A DNA stretch of 64,000 nucleotides from Verrucomicrobiota bacterium (GCA_039818205.1 JBCBUK010000019.1:1-64000); one strand, 5' to 3'. Shown: positions 39,230 through 52,637, numbered from the stretch's first letter. Numbers and translations are program-made. Notes: generated by a model not told the origin, from the sequence alone.

Positions 39230-40081
39230 TTAGATGGCGCCATCTTGGGCCGCTACCTTGGCGCCATGCGCGCAGGCTTCGGCCAAAACATCGGGGATCG
39301 GTTGGCCGATCGCGAGGCCAGCAACGAGTGTTGCCATGAAGGCATCTCCCGCACCCACCGTATCGCGCACATTGACTTTCGGCGCAGGGGCGAAGTGAAG
39401 ATCGTCGGGCTGCCAAAACAACGCACCATCGGCACCGAGGGTTACGCAGATTTGGCGAACTCCGCTCTGTGCCGCGAACATTTCGCATCGATCGGCTACG
39501 ATGAATCGATCGGATGTGGGGCTTACATCGACCAATCGTGCCAATTCGGTTTCGTTGAGCTTCAATAGGTCTACCGTGCGGGCGAGCTTGCGCACGAGAT
39601 CCAAGTCATCAAATGGAGGGCGTAGGTTGATGTCGAAGCACTTGAGTGGTCCGTCTTCTTCCAGTATTGTTTGGAGGGCGCGTAGGTTGGATTTGGATCG
39701 CAGGGCGAGTGAGCCAAAGACGATTGCTCGCGCCGAGGACATAAGCACGGCTGGGTCATCCTTGATGCGGATCTCATCCCAGGCGACCGGCTGGGCAAAC
39801 TCATAGTGGGCGTTGCCATCGGAATCGAGTTCAGCGATGACGACTCCCGTCGGAAGGGTTGGATGCTGGAAGATTCGGTCGGTCAATACGCCATGAGTCT
39901 GGATGCGCCGAAGGGCCTCCCCACCGAGGAAATCGTTGCCGACAGCCGAGACCAGTCGCGCATCGAAGCCCATTTGGGCAAGGTGGCAGGCTACGTTGAG
40001 CGGAGCCCCGCCTAAGAAGAGGCCGCGAGGCAGGCAATCCCAGAGGATCTCCCCAAAACAGATGACTTGGTCAGATGACAT
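39230..40081 (-). CDS. PfkB family carbohydrate kinase (fructokinase-like)
   Basis: Motifs GEILWD, GGAPLNVA, DINLR and DTVGAGDAF. Confidence 0.92.
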   Translation of the reverse strand: MSSDQVICFGEILWDCLPRGLFLGGAPLNVACHLAQMGFDARLVSAVGNDFLGGEALRRIQTHGVLTDRIFQHPTLPTGVVIAELDSDGNAHYEFAQPVAWDEIRIKDDPAVLMSSARAIVFGSLALRSKSNLRALQTILEEDGPLKCFDINLRPPFDDLDLVRKLARTVDLLKLNETELARLVDVSPTSDRFIVADRCEMFAAQSGVRQICVTLGADGALFWQPDDLHFAPAPKVNVRDTVGAGDAFMATLVAGLAIGQPIPDVLAEACAHGAKVAAQDGAI

Positions 40082-40232
40082 ATATGTGCTGGAGCCAGAG
40101 GTTACAATAGTGGCAACTGCGAATCGAGGGCAAGCTTCATGGTGAGCGTGCGGTGTTCGGTAATAGTCGATCTTCTGTCTTGGCATTTCCGGTAAAGCAA
40201 TCTACATATTTTTCAATCCTACAAAAAATCAC

Positions 40233-40748
40233 ATGGGACTTCATCGATACAAAATTATCTTAGTCGCTGCCCTCGCGACTCTTACTATTTCGGGTTGCTC
40301 AAATTCGGGTAGCAACGAGCCAGCACCGGTGGTCAATCTTGCCGGCGCTGAACGAAAGGCGAGCACCCACTATGACTGGAAAGATGAAGAGACACTTCAT
40401 GTCCGAGCCAGTTCGGCTTATCCGGACTACACGATGATCCAGCAAACGCTCATTCGTGATGTGGACAAGAAAACCGGAACACGTCGAGTTACGATTAAGG
40501 AGCTAAAACGTGATCGGATGATAATCGATACGCGAGATACAACGGTGCCCGCAGGTGGTCTGATCGGAGGACTCGTTAGCATTGGTGCGTCTGAGTTACA
40601 GAAGGAACTAATGCCACCCGAAGAAGGGGATCGTTATTGGATCTACTACATCGATGCCGAGGTTCGGCTGAAAGAAGGCGCAAAATTCGACCGCTACGAA
40701 TTTGACTCGAGTGCCATCTCTAAGAAGGGGACCCCGCGCGGGCGTTGA
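40233..40748 (+). CDS. Hypothetical lipoprotein
   Basis: Lipobox ISGC. Confidence 0.65.
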   Translation: MGLHRYKIILVAALATLTISGCSNSGSNEPAPVVNLAGAERKASTHYDWKDEETLHVRASSAYPDYTMIQQTLIRDVDKKTGTRRVTIKELKRDRMIIDTRDTTVPAGGLIGGLVSIGASELQKELMPPEEGDRYWIYYIDAEVRLKEGAKFDRYEFDSSAISKKGTPRGR

Positions 40749-40857
40749 TCGGTGAAATTCGCATCGGTCGGTAAGGTATAGGTTATTGCCTCGAAGATTG
40801 TATTTTAGGCATAGTCGACTATAACTCATACCTAAACCTCTGTTTCCGCGAATTTCT

Positions 40858-41604
40858 ATGAACATTTATGAAACTGAGCCTCTGCTGGCTCAATACCTTC
40901 TTCTTCACTACGGCAATGCCGACGAAGTGCTGCCCTACGCGTTTGGGCCGAAAAACTCCCTCGATTTTCCGCGGCGTTGCGTTGACGAGCTTGTCAGCGT
41001 AGCGAGCGTTCCCGAGGGCGCGCGCGGTTTGGATGTTGGGTGTTCGGTTGGCCGTTCCACGTTTGAACTCGCGCGTTCGTGCAGCGAAGTAATTGGAATC
41101 GATTTCTCTCAGGCATTCATTGACGCAGCCAATACTTTGCGTGACAAAGCATTCTTAGATTATTCGCGCCCGCATGAGGGTGCGATCAATCTGCGGACGG
41201 TTGCGTCGGTGCCCGAGGGCGTTGATCGAAATCGGGTTAGTTTTGAAACCGGCGATGCAATGAATCTGCGGGAAGGCCTCGGATCATTTGATCTTGTTAT
41301 GGCGTGCAATCTCATTTGCCGCTTGCCCGAGCCGATGAATTTTTTGAGACGTTTGCCATCTCTGGTGAACACCGGTGGTCAGTTGGTTATTACGACTCCG
41401 TTTACTTGGCTGGAGGAGTACACGCCCAAGGATAATTGGCTCGGTGGACTTCCGGAAAAATCGGATTCTTTTCTAGGACTTCGCGAGGCCCTAGAGCCGT
41501 ATTTCGAACTCGAGTTGGAGCATGATCTACCGATGCTGATCAAGGAACATGCCCGCAAATACCAGTGGACGGTCGTTCAAGGCTCGCGCTGGCGTCGTGT
41601 TTGA
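40858..41604 (+). CDS. SAM methyltransferase resembling the OvoA C-terminal domain (putative mercaptohistidine N-methyltransferase)
   Basis: Motifs YETE.LL.QYL..HYG, LDVGCSVGR, GDA.NL, NLICRL and PFTWLEEYTP. Confidence 0.8.
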   Translation: MNIYETEPLLAQYLLLHYGNADEVLPYAFGPKNSLDFPRRCVDELVSVASVPEGARGLDVGCSVGRSTFELARSCSEVIGIDFSQAFIDAANTLRDKAFLDYSRPHEGAINLRTVASVPEGVDRNRVSFETGDAMNLREGLGSFDLVMACNLICRLPEPMNFLRRLPSLVNTGGQLVITTPFTWLEEYTPKDNWLGGLPEKSDSFLGLREALEPYFELELEHDLPMLIKEHARKYQWTVVQGSRWRRV

Positions 41605-41618
41605 TTTAGCCAAGTGTC

Positions 41619-42059
41619 GTGAAGATTCACGAAAGGGTTGAGTTGGTCTTAATTCCCTGCCTTGTCGCAGGCGTATACATTTTAGGTCAGTTATTGCCGT
41701 ATCAACTTGATATTGGTTGGTCGTTCGCTCTCGCTGCATTGATTCTTCTGGTGCAAGGGTTCTTCCGAGACTTGTACTTGCTTTATCGCCAGCGGACCGT
41801 GGAACGCGATGCGCCAAAGAAGCGCATGAAGTGTATGTGCTTGGAGTCAACCCTCGGCATGTTCGGCATCGGTCTGGGGATCTTTCTAACCCTGCTTCTT
41901 CCGGACTATTCTTTCCCGATCAGCCGATGGGGCTGGTCGCTTTTGGTTGGTGCCGTGATGGTCTTTGGTTTTCTGACGAAAGACATCGTGATAACGTGGA
42001 ATCCTTTTGGGATTCGGCGAGATCCTGACCACATGAACATTGTTTTTACGCTCCGCTAG
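41619..42059 (+). CDS. Hypothetical 4-TM membrane protein
   Basis: Hydrophobic segments and a CMCLES motif. Confidence 0.7.
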   Translation: MKIHERVELVLIPCLVAGVYILGQLLPYQLDIGWSFALAALILLVQGFFRDLYLLYRQRTVERDAPKKRMKCMCLESTLGMFGIGLGIFLTLLLPDYSFPISRWGWSLLVGAVMVFGFLTKDIVITWNPFGIRRDPDHMNIVFTLR

Positions 42060-42152
42060 AAACCTGACGTCGTTTTTACAAATATCGTCATGATTCCGAT
42101 TGACGGTCGATTCGATGTGTATAGCAATTTAATAGCTATTAATACAAGAAGT

Positions 42153-42878
42153 ATGGAACAATCAGAATCAGGTGCATCGGTTTTCCGCCAGGCCGAACGC
42201 AATCGAGAATTTGAGTTGGCTCTCGGAGATTCACAGAATATCGAATGCATCACGGATCATATCGAAAAGCATATTGGTCCCATCGAATCCGTCTTTCATG
42301 AGTTGGTTTCAGATGCCGTGCACATTGATGTTCATGTGATCGCTCCCTCGAACAATCGACCATTTTATACGTTAGTAACATCGGGAATGAGTGATCGCCC
42401 GATGAATGCACCCGCTGGTCGGGAGGACTTTCGCTATTCGGAATTGATGATTTGCCTACCGGCGAATTGGCCGATGAGCCAGGAGGATTGGCAAATCCAT
42501 GATAATTATTGGCCGGTACATCTTCTGAAGTTCATGGCTCGATTTCCGCATCAGCAGGATACGTGGTATTGGTCCCAGCATACGGTTCCAAATGGTGACC
42601 CGCCAGCTCCTTACGCCGACAACACTGGCATGTGTTGTGCAATGCTCGCGCCGCCCCTTACTGCTCCGGAGGAGTTTCGAAAGCTGACCGTCAATCGCAA
42701 TAAGACGATCCATTTTCAGGCGATTGTTCCGCTGCTATTGGATGAGATGGACCTCAAGTTGAAGAAGGGCGCGGAAGCGTTAATGGAGGGTTTTCAGCGG
42801 AATCGTGTTTCCGAACTTCTGCGGCCTCGGCGATCCAGCGTCATTCAGAACAAGCGTTGGTGGCATATCGGCGGTTAA
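42153..42878 (+). CDS. Suppressor of fused (SUFU) domain protein
   Basis: Motifs HELVSD.VHIDV, TLVTSGMS.RPM, ELMICLP and EM.LK..KG.EAL. Confidence 0.85.
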   Translation: MEQSESGASVFRQAERNREFELALGDSQNIECITDHIEKHIGPIESVFHELVSDAVHIDVHVIAPSNNRPFYTLVTSGMSDRPMNAPAGREDFRYSELMICLPANWPMSQEDWQIHDNYWPVHLLKFMARFPHQQDTWYWSQHTVPNGDPPAPYADNTGMCCAMLAPPLTAPEEFRKLTVNRNKTIHFQAIVPLLLDEMDLKLKKGAEALMEGFQRNRVSELLRPRRSSVIQNKRWWHIGG

Positions 42879-43183
42879 CATCGCGCTGCGTCCCGAGGTC
42901 ACAACGAATCTTTTGATTGGATTCAAATAGCTAGCGGCCATTTTGAGCCTGGCTTGGCGAGCTGTCCTTAGAATGCCTCGCGAGTCGAAGTGCGACGACC
43001 TTGGGCATTCCGCGCTGCCCTTCATTGCCAAGGAGTTCCTGGACATCTTTTTCCGAGCTGGTTGGGAGATTCGCTTGTGGACGGTTGTTGATCCGATCTG
43101 CGTCAACAGGCCCTTGATGGTCGTTGGAGTCGCCAGTATCTCCACGAATCGCCCCGACCGGATTCGCGAAACATAGCCCGAAC

Positions 43184-43213
43184 AAAAAAGCCCCCGGCGT
43201 TAGCCGAGGGCTT
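43184..43213 (-). terminator. Rho-independent terminator of fusA
   Basis: Minus strand AAGCCCTCGGC-TAAC-GCCGGGGGCTT followed by a T run. Confidence 0.85.
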
Positions 43214-43238
43214 GGAAAGTGTTTCCGCGTCAAGCGAA

Positions 43239-45344
<2,106 letters not shown>

Positions 45345-45517
45345 GGTGGTTTTCTGTTAAGTGTACGGCCTTTTGGTGGCAGAAGAAGGACTCAAGGAGC
45401 AAAAAAACCGGCACTTGACAAGCATAACTCTCACCCTGGGGAAATTGGTGGGTAATTTCCGCGCATCCAAGGAACTTTGCCATTGAGCAGACGTTCACGA
45501 ACGGCATCGTGGAGACA

Positions 45518-45748
45518 ATGACACGATTTATCTGCTTGTTTGGACTATCACTCCTTTTGTGGGGCTGCGATGCTACTGAGGAGGCGGTTATCTCCCAGCG
45601 TCCTATGAGTGAGAGCACGGGCAATGTGCTCGGTGATCTAAACCAGCGCCAGACTGACACCGTTGACGGCATGTATGAGACCGGTGGTCTCAATGAATAC
45701 GAGAAAGAGCAAATGGACGAGTCGATCGGCTCGACCAGCACTCATTGA
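45518..45748 (+). CDS. Small lipoprotein
   Basis: Lipobox LWGC. Confidence 0.6.
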   Translation: MTRFICLFGLSLLLWGCDATEEAVISQRPMSESTGNVLGDLNQRQTDTVDGMYETGGLNEYEKEQMDESIGSTSTH

Positions 45749-45751
45749 TCG

Positions 45752-46213
45752 CTAATTACCGTTTGCGTCCCGGATTTCGGCCACGGTCTCGACGCTGATC
45801 TCGTCGGTAGCGTTCCCCCATTCCATTCGAGTGTAGTTGGCCACAGCCGCCAACTGTTCATCGCCGAGTTGGGCAAAAAGCGGCATCTGCCCCATCCACG
45901 GGCTCGGCTGGTCAGCGGGTGGTTTGGGATAGCCGTAGATGAGCCCTTGCACGAAGAGCGCTGGATCCGTCAGCCGTGGGCTGCCAGTTAGTGGCGGAAA
46001 TATGCCGGCGACGCCTTGGCCCTTGTCCCCGTGGCAGGATTGACAATGACGGGCGAAGAGTTGCTTACCGCTCTGGGTTGATTGGTCTAACTCCTGGGGT
46101 CGCGGCGGGGGTTCGGCGTCCGCTTCCGGTTTTTTCGGCGATTCCTTGGCGCAGCCACCAAGGAGGGCGATTAACAGGACAGAAACAGTAATAGTGTGCA
46201 CGGTGCAGTTCAA
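45752..46213 (-). CDS. Monoheme cytochrome c lipoprotein
   Basis: Lipobox LGGC; motifs CQSCH, FPPL, MP and NY.R.EWGN. Confidence 0.9.
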   Translation of the reverse strand: MNCTVHTITVSVLLIALLGGCAKESPKKPEADAEPPPRPQELDQSTQSGKQLFARHCQSCHGDKGQGVAGIFPPLTGSPRLTDPALFVQGLIYGYPKPPADQPSPWMGQMPLFAQLGDEQLAAVANYTRMEWGNATDEISVETVAEIRDANGN

Positions 46214-46252
46214 AACGCTTCCACCGATGCCTAAGAATGCGTCGAGGTCAAG

Positions 46253-48622
46253 TCAGCTACGATCAAGTTGATGCTCAATGGCGGACCCAAGCTTATCAAC
46301 GGTGACTGGCTTGGAGACAAAATCGACCATGCCACTATCAATACTCATCCGCCGAGCCTCTTCGGTTACATGGGCGGTGATCGCAATGATTTTCGGGAGC
46401 GGTTGGTCGGGCGCAATCTTCAGAATTTCTCGAGTGGTCTCAAAGCCGTCCATTCCCGGCATGCTGATGTCCATCAGGATCATGTCGAAGCGCTCTTGCT
46501 GGCACCGCTCAATTGCGCTTGGCCCGTCGATCGCGTCTTGAGAATTTGCTCCCAACTGCTTGAGATACCGGAGGATAACTTCGCGACTGTCATTGTTATC
46601 CTCAACGACCAATACATTGAGGCCGTCGTAGCGAACCGGTTTTTCATCGGTTAGCAGGGGCTCAGCGTCATCAAAAATCTCGGCTTCGGCAGGGAGCTCG
46701 ATCCAGAAGGTGGAACCATGGCCGACTTCACTGCTGAATCCGATGGCGCCGCCCATGACGTCGACCAAACGGGAGCAGATGGCCAGCCCAAGCCCGACTC
46801 CCTCGTACCGGCGCGTGTAGTCCGACTCGACTTGAGTGAAGGGTTCGAAGATGGCGGACCTCATTTCGTTGGGTATCCCAATGCCGGAATCGGCGACCTC
46901 GATGCGGAACCATCCGTAGCGCGGATGGATGTGGCGCCAGCCAACTCGCAAGGTAACCTTTCCTTGGAGCGTAAACTTGAAGGCGTTGGTGATGAGGTTG
47001 GACACAATCTGTTCAACCTTGCCGGGATCGATCTGTACGATGAGGCCCTCATGGATGGGGCCGGTCTCGCGGTTACAACCATTCTGGAAGTTGAAGTAGT
47101 TGCTGTTTTTGAGTGCTTCGTGGTCGCGATAGAGTTGATCGCAAAAACGGAACAACGGGATAGGATGGGATTCGATTTGGGTTTTCCCCTTGTCGATGCC
47201 GATGAAGTCGAGGATGTCCTCAATCTGTCGAAGCAGTTTGATTCCCGAGCGGCGAATAATGTCCAGTGACTCCCGCTTCTCTTGATCGCTCTCGTCCAGC
47301 AGGAGAAGATCGGAAAAGCCAAGAATCGGGTTGAGGGGGGTGCGCATCTCGTGGCTGATGACGGCGAGGAAATCGTCCTTCGCCCGGTTCGACGCTTCTG
47401 CTCGCTCTTTTGCATCGCGGAGGGCTTCCTCGGCCCGGCGTTGATCGGTCACGTCCTGGCCAACGCCGAGGTAGCCGACGGTTTTTCCGATGGCATCAAT
47501 AACCGGGGTGACGATGACCTGGCATTTGAGGCGTTTGCCATCGGCACGAACAAGGGTCCAGTCGCGACGTTCGACGACACCGTCTTTAGCGTGCGCGATA
47601 ATCGCTTCGAACCCCTTAACCGGCCGCCCGAGAATTTCCTTCAGCTCCGATTCACGGTCTCGGAGCTCCTGTGGATCATGGAGAAATAGTGGGGTGGTCT
47701 TGAGCAGAACCTCTTCGGCCGTGTAGCCGAATAGGTTTTCAGCGCCGCGATTAAACGTGGTGATGATCCCATTGATGTCGGTCATGACTACCGAAGTTTG
47801 GGTGGCGGCATCGAGGAGGTTTTTGAGCGTATTGTTGGTCGTTTGTAGCTCGGCCTGCGTGTTGAACAACGACGTCATGTCGGTGATGAATCCCTCGATC
47901 GCAACTGGCGTCCCATCTCGGTCAAAAATGCCTTCGCCTCGTTCCCAGACGTTCTTGATCGATCCATTTTTGCACTGAATGCGATAGTAGAGCGCGAATC
48001 GTTCCTTCTTCTCGAGCGCGCTGCTAACGATGTTTTGCGTATAAATGCGATCTTCGGGAACGATCAGGTTCGATCCGAAGGAAACCTCGCCGGAGAGGAT
48101 CGACTCTCTCGGGTAACCGGTCAGTCCTTCGACCGCATCATTAAGAAACTCCATGCTCCAATCGTCATCGAATCGGCAGCGATAAACGACCCCGGGTATG
48201 TTTGCGAGAAAACGGTCGTAGCGGCGGAGACGTTCCGTGAGAAGGTCAAACTTTGAAATGTCGTGACTGGTCGATTGAACGGCAGTTCCAATCAGCAGGA
48301 TATCATTGTGTTCCTCATCAAACTCAGCCTCCCAAAGAACTGATCGACCAACGGATGCATAGAACTCGGTCCGAGGGAAAAGGTTTTCCTGGAGTGTTCC
48401 GGGGCTAACTGGCCAGAAATCCTCGTCGAGACTGGGGAACAAACTCGACGATGCATGCATTGGGCTATCGTCAGTTGTTTTGATCCCGAGTAGTGATGCT
48501 TTGGTCTGATCAAAGCTCAATACCTGGCCGTCCCAATCAATCAACGCGAAGAAGAGTCCCGGATTGTCTGAGGATATCCGGACTAGGCGCGACAATTTGA
48601 CGGTTCTCATGCTAGAAGGCAT
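46253..48622 (-). CDS. PAS-PAS hybrid sensor histidine kinase / response regulator
   Basis: Two PAS domains, H-box [25 protein letters not shown] and REC LMDISMP. Confidence 0.95.
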   Translation of the reverse strand: MPSSMRTVKLSRLVRISSDNPGLFFALIDWDGQVLSFDQTKASLLGIKTTDDSPMHASSSLFPSLDEDFWPVSPGTLQENLFPRTEFYASVGRSVLWEAEFDEEHNDILLIGTAVQSTSHDISKFDLLTERLRRYDRFLANIPGVVYRCRFDDDWSMEFLNDAVEGLTGYPRESILSGEVSFGSNLIVPEDRIYTQNIVSSALEKKERFALYYRIQCKNGSIKNVWERGEGIFDRDGTPVAIEGFITDMTSLFNTQAELQTTNNTLKNLLDAATQTSVVMTDINGIITTFNRGAENLFGYTAEEVLLKTTPLFLHDPQELRDRESELKEILGRPVKGFEAIIAHAKDGVVERRDWTLVRADGKRLKCQVIVTPVIDAIGKTVGYLGVGQDVTDQRRAEEALRDAKERAEASNRAKDDFLAVISHEMRTPLNPILGFSDLLLLDESDQEKRESLDIIRRSGIKLLRQIEDILDFIGIDKGKTQIESHPIPLFRFCDQLYRDHEALKNSNYFNFQNGCNRETGPIHEGLIVQIDPGKVEQIVSNLITNAFKFTLQGKVTLRVGWRHIHPRYGWFRIEVADSGIGIPNEMRSAIFEPFTQVESDYTRRYEGVGLGLAICSRLVDVMGGAIGFSSEVGHGSTFWIELPAEAEIFDDAEPLLTDEKPVRYDGLNVLVVEDNNDSREVILRYLKQLGANSQDAIDGPSAIERCQQERFDMILMDISMPGMDGFETTREILKIAPDQPLPKIIAITAHVTEEARRMSIDSGMVDFVSKPVTVDKLGSAIEHQLDRS

Positions 48623-48911
48623 GGGCAGTTTGGCCTGATGCTACGGGCCTATGTGGGTGGGCAGACGTTTGGTAACTTATTCGATAAGGCCATTTCTGTC
48701 ACCCAAATTCGAGGAGTGACTAGGCTATATCATGTTGGTCCACACACGCTTGTTAGTGGTGGATCTCATCCTTAGACCCATGACCAAATCGTCCTTATCG
48801 TAAACAGAATTTACTTAGTTCTATAGAGGAATAAGTAAACCCAAAGGAAAACTCCCTAACTATAAGTAAAAAATTCTGTATAAATTCACCGCTTGGTGGG
48901 GAGATTATGGC

Positions 48912-49595
48912 CTACTGCGCCGCGACTAAATCGTGTATCTCGTTGTGTTTCAAAGCATCTAAGATTCGATCTTCTTTTAGTCCAATGTGGTTCCACATTA
49001 GTTGCCGGGCATTACTACACTGCCTTTCAGCGATAGCATTGGCGATGGCATGGTGTTCTGCCGAAATCTCTTCTGGGCTGGTGCACATGCCCAAATCGAT
49101 GCCGTAGTAAATCGGTTGCTGGTCCTTATCTAGCGCGGATAGGATGGCTTCCTCCAGCAGGGGGTTGTCGATGGACGTTGCCACGGCGGCGTGAAATGCT
49201 CGATTGGCCTCACAATAGATGCGGTGGCCATCGGGGTCGTCCCAGGCGCAGTTGACGCTGGCTGCTTCTCGAATTCGTGCAATGTTTTCTGTTGTCGCCC
49301 GCTCAGCGGCAAGCGCCGCAGCCTGGCTCTCCAAGACACGACGCAGCTCGCAAATGTTGCGAAAGCTTTCTTCGGTCAGGGGCGCGACGCTGAATCCACA
49401 GTTGGTTTTCAGGGTCACCAAGCGTTCTCCAGACAGCCGATTCAGTGCTTCGCGCAACGAAGTACGGGAAACCTGCAACTCTTCGCAAAGCGTTTTTTCG
49501 ATCAATCGCGATCCCGGCGGCAACTCGCAGTGGAGGATGCGTCGCTTCAGTTCGGAATAAAGCTGATCGGATAGGGCGGCAGGGCGAAAGGACAT
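48912..49595 (-). CDS. GntR (FCD) family transcriptional regulator
   Basis: Motifs LPPGSRL.E..L...VSRTSLREAL, N.AFH and EH.AI. Confidence 0.93.
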   Translation of the reverse strand: MSFRPAALSDQLYSELKRRILHCELPPGSRLIEKTLCEELQVSRTSLREALNRLSGERLVTLKTNCGFSVAPLTEESFRNICELRRVLESQAAALAAERATTENIARIREAASVNCAWDDPDGHRIYCEANRAFHAAVATSIDNPLLEEAILSALDKDQQPIYYGIDLGMCTSPEEISAEHHAIANAIAERQCSNARQLMWNHIGLKEDRILDALKHNEIHDLVAAQ

Positions 49596-49643
49596 TTTTC
49601 GGGCTTTTTAGTTACTTGGGCTTGAAATCAGGTCAGAGTCAAT

Positions 49644-49672
49644 ATTGTAAGATTGTCAGACGATCCTACAAT
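49644..49672. promoter_or_regulatory. Putative GntR operator
   Basis: ATTGTAAGATTGTC-A-GACGATCCTACAAT, a 12/14 inverted repeat between divergent gntR and gcvP. Confidence 0.7.
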
Positions 49673-49691
49673 TTTCAAGCAATACTCTTTC

Positions 49692-52637
49692 ATGCCGTAC
49701 CTGAGCACCAATCCTCGTGAATCCGCCCGTCATTACGTGCCAGCCGATGAGGCTGACACCACCGCAATGTTGGAGGCCATTGGTCTCAAGACCTTGCGCG
49801 ACCTTTATCAGCATATCCCGGACAGCGTCTTTCAAGGCGAGTTGAAGCTGCCGGATGAATTGGGTTATCAGGAGACGCAGGATGCGTTGAACGCCCTGGC
49901 CGACGAGAACGAGGTTCGGACCAGCTTTCTCGGCGACGGCCTTCAGGATTACTCGGTGAACGCCATCGTTGCGGACGTATGCAGTATTCGTAATTTGGCC
50001 ACGGCCTACACGCCTTATCAGCCGGAGCGAAGCCAAGGGACTCTGATCACCCACTGGATCTACCAATGCGCCTTGACCCAATTGACGGGTTTTGAAGCGA
50101 TCAACTCCTCGCTGTACGACCGTGCCACCGCACTCTTCGAGGCGATTTGCTGCTCACTGCGCTTGTCGCGCAAGGCCGATACCGTGCTCGTTGCACGCAA
50201 CATTTACCCGGGCGACATCGAAGTGCTGGAGACATTGATTCCTGAGACCGAGATCAATGTTGAGTACGTCGACGCTGATCCATCCTCGGGGCTGTTGGAT
50301 GTCGAAGCCCTGCAGGCGAAACTCGAAGCCTTGGGCGATCGCGTTGCCGCCGTTGCCTTTCCGCAGGTCAACAACCTGGGCTTGCTGGAGCCCGTCGATG
50401 CGCTCACGAACACGGTTCACCAAGCGGGAGTCTTGGCGATTGCGATTATCGACCCGATTTTGCTCTCCGAGGGCGGTCTAAAGCCACCGAGCGAATATGG
50501 TGAAACGGGCGCAGACATCATTGTGGGTGAGGCGCAGCACTTGGCGATTGGTCCAAATTTCGGCGGGCCGGGTCTTGGCCTTTTTGGTGTGCGGCACAAC
50601 GATAAGGTGCGCAACCACGTGCGGGCAACTCCTGGCCGATATGTCGGGCTCGCGAAGGATGAAGCCGGTCGGGACTGTGTTGTCATGGTCATGTCGACTC
50701 GCGAACAGCACATCCGTAAAGACAAGGCGACTTCCAACATTTGCTCAAACCAGGCGTTTTTGTCGACGATAGCGGGAGCCTCGTTGATCGCTCGAGGTGA
50801 TGCGGGTCTCGGCAAGATGATTGCCACCGCGCGAGAGAATGCGACTGCGTTTGTAGCCAAGTCAGGTGCCCAGCTGGCCTTCCCTGAGGCGACGTTTTTC
50901 AATGAGGTCACCGTCGTAGTCGACTCGGCTGAAACGTTTATCCGCCAAGGGCGCGAAGCCGGTCTCTGGGTCGGGGTGGATGTGAGCGCACGCGTGGCCG
51001 ACGATCGCGAGCTCGTGAAAATAAGTTTTTCGGACCGCCAAACTGCCGAGGATGTGGCTGCACTCGCGAATTTGTTTGCTGGATCCACTGGTGGTGAGGT
51101 CGCTGCGTTGCCCGCATCGATCATGCGTGGCGATGCACCGGGGATTCCTTCGTTTGATCAGCCGACATTGCGGGATTATTACCACAAGCTGGGTGAGCTG
51201 AACGTAAGCCCGGACGATGCCTGCTATCCGCTGGGTTCCTGCACGATGAAATACAATCCGGCTCTCAACGAGTGGGCGGCTGGATTGGATGGTTTCACGA
51301 ATGCTCACCCGCAGGCGCCGTTTGAAGATGTCCAGGGCTGCCTCAAGGTGCTTCACGAAATTCAAGAATGGTTCAAGTCGATCACCGGCCTGCCCGCGGT
51401 GACGACCCAACCTGTGGCCGGTGCCCAGGGTGAGCTGGTTGGCCTGAAGCTCTTTCAAGCCTACCACCGTAGCCGAGGAGAGGCCCATCGTGACGTGGTT
51501 CTGATTCCGCGAAGTGCGCATGGAACCAACTTCGCAACGGCGACGATGGCTGGATTGGCTGCGGGTAAGCGCAATGGCCTGGCACGAGGGATCGTGTTGC
51601 TTGAGGACGGCCCTGATGGTCAAGTCGACATGCAGGACTTCGAAACCAAGCTAGCTGAATTTGGGAGTCGCCTGTGTGGGGTGATGATTACCAACCCCAA
51701 TACCTGTGGACTATTCGAAACCCGGTTCAAAGAGATTGCTGACAAGGTTCACGCCGCGGGAGGTCTGGTTTACATGGATGGTGCCAACATGAACGCCATT
51801 GCCGGTTGGTTGGACCTCGATGAGTTGGGTGTGGATGCGGTCCACAATAACTTGCACAAAACCTGGACTATTCCCCATGGCGGTGGTGGCCCGGGAGACG
51901 CCATGGTGGCTGTGAGTGAACGCCTGATTGATTTCTTGCCGGGCTATCAAATCGAGTTGCAGGATGGCCAATATGTTCCGGTAAAACCGCCTCAGAGCAT
52001 TGGTTCATTCCACCGCCACTGGGGCAACTTCGCGCACAAGATTCGCGCCTACACCTATTTGCTTCGGCTTGGGCATGAGGGCGTATTGCGGATGTCTGCG
52101 ATGGCGGTGCTGGCTTCGCGATACTTGCTTTCGCAGTTGAGTAAGCGGTATCCGACATTGCCAGCAGGGGCACCAGATGCACCGCGCATGCACGAATTTA
52201 TTTTGACTTTGAGCGAGGAGGATTTCGCCCGCATTGAGGCCGCTGGAGTTCCACGAGCGATGGCTATCACCCGGGTCGGCAAGCTCTTCTTGGATTTTGG
52301 ATTCCACGCACCGACCGTGGCCTGGCCTGAGCAGTTCGGACTCATGATCGAGCCAACCGAGAGCTATACGAAGTCCGAGCTGGATCGCTTTGCTGAGGCC
52401 GTGATTCGGATCAAGGATGTGATTGAGCAGACGCCGGAGGCCCTGAATACGGCACCACGTTTCACACCGGTCGATCGCGTGGACGAGGTAACCGCGAATC
52501 GCAACCTCACCTTGTCGGCTCCCCTAACCGGCTTGCCTAGCACGCATGAAAACCGCTTGTCGCCAACTGCCATTGCGAACATGCCGGTCGACGAGGTCTT
52601 CGAGCGGATTACGCGCGAGTGTCAGGCTGTGTGCTAG
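49692..52637 (+). CDS. gcvP: Glycine dehydrogenase (decarboxylating), single chain
   Basis: Motifs YTPYQPE.SQG, REQHIR..KATSNIC, PLGSCTMKYN, LHKTW.IPHGGGGPG and IEPTES. Confidence 0.95.
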   Translation: MPYLSTNPRESARHYVPADEADTTAMLEAIGLKTLRDLYQHIPDSVFQGELKLPDELGYQETQDALNALADENEVRTSFLGDGLQDYSVNAIVADVCSIRNLATAYTPYQPERSQGTLITHWIYQCALTQLTGFEAINSSLYDRATALFEAICCSLRLSRKADTVLVARNIYPGDIEVLETLIPETEINVEYVDADPSSGLLDVEALQAKLEALGDRVAAVAFPQVNNLGLLEPVDALTNTVHQAGVLAIAIIDPILLSEGGLKPPSEYGETGADIIVGEAQHLAIGPNFGGPGLGLFGVRHNDKVRNHVRATPGRYVGLAKDEAGRDCVVMVMSTREQHIRKDKATSNICSNQAFLSTIAGASLIARGDAGLGKMIATARENATAFVAKSGAQLAFPEATFFNEVTVVVDSAETFIRQGREAGLWVGVDVSARVADDRELVKISFSDRQTAEDVAALANLFAGSTGGEVAALPASIMRGDAPGIPSFDQPTLRDYYHKLGELNVSPDDACYPLGSCTMKYNPALNEWAAGLDGFTNAHPQAPFEDVQGCLKVLHEIQEWFKSITGLPAVTTQPVAGAQGELVGLKLFQAYHRSRGEAHRDVVLIPRSAHGTNFATATMAGLAAGKRNGLARGIVLLEDGPDGQVDMQDFETKLAEFGSRLCGVMITNPNTCGLFETRFKEIADKVHAAGGLVYMDGANMNAIAGWLDLDELGVDAVHNNLHKTWTIPHGGGGPGDAMVAVSERLIDFLPGYQIELQDGQYVPVKPPQSIGSFHRHWGNFAHKIRAYTYLLRLGHEGVLRMSAMAVLASRYLLSQLSKRYPTLPAGAPDAPRMHEFILTLSEEDFARIEAAGVPRAMAITRVGKLFLDFGFHAPTVAWPEQFGLMIEPTESYTKSELDRFAEAVIRIKDVIEQTPEALNTAPRFTPVDRVDEVTANRNLTLSAPLTGLPSTHENRLSPTAIANMPVDEVFERITRECQAVC

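Noticed and set aside
42880..43180. About 300 bp with several overlapping short ORFs, or a possible ncRNA
   Set aside because: No convincing start, motif or recognisable RNA family; left unannotated.
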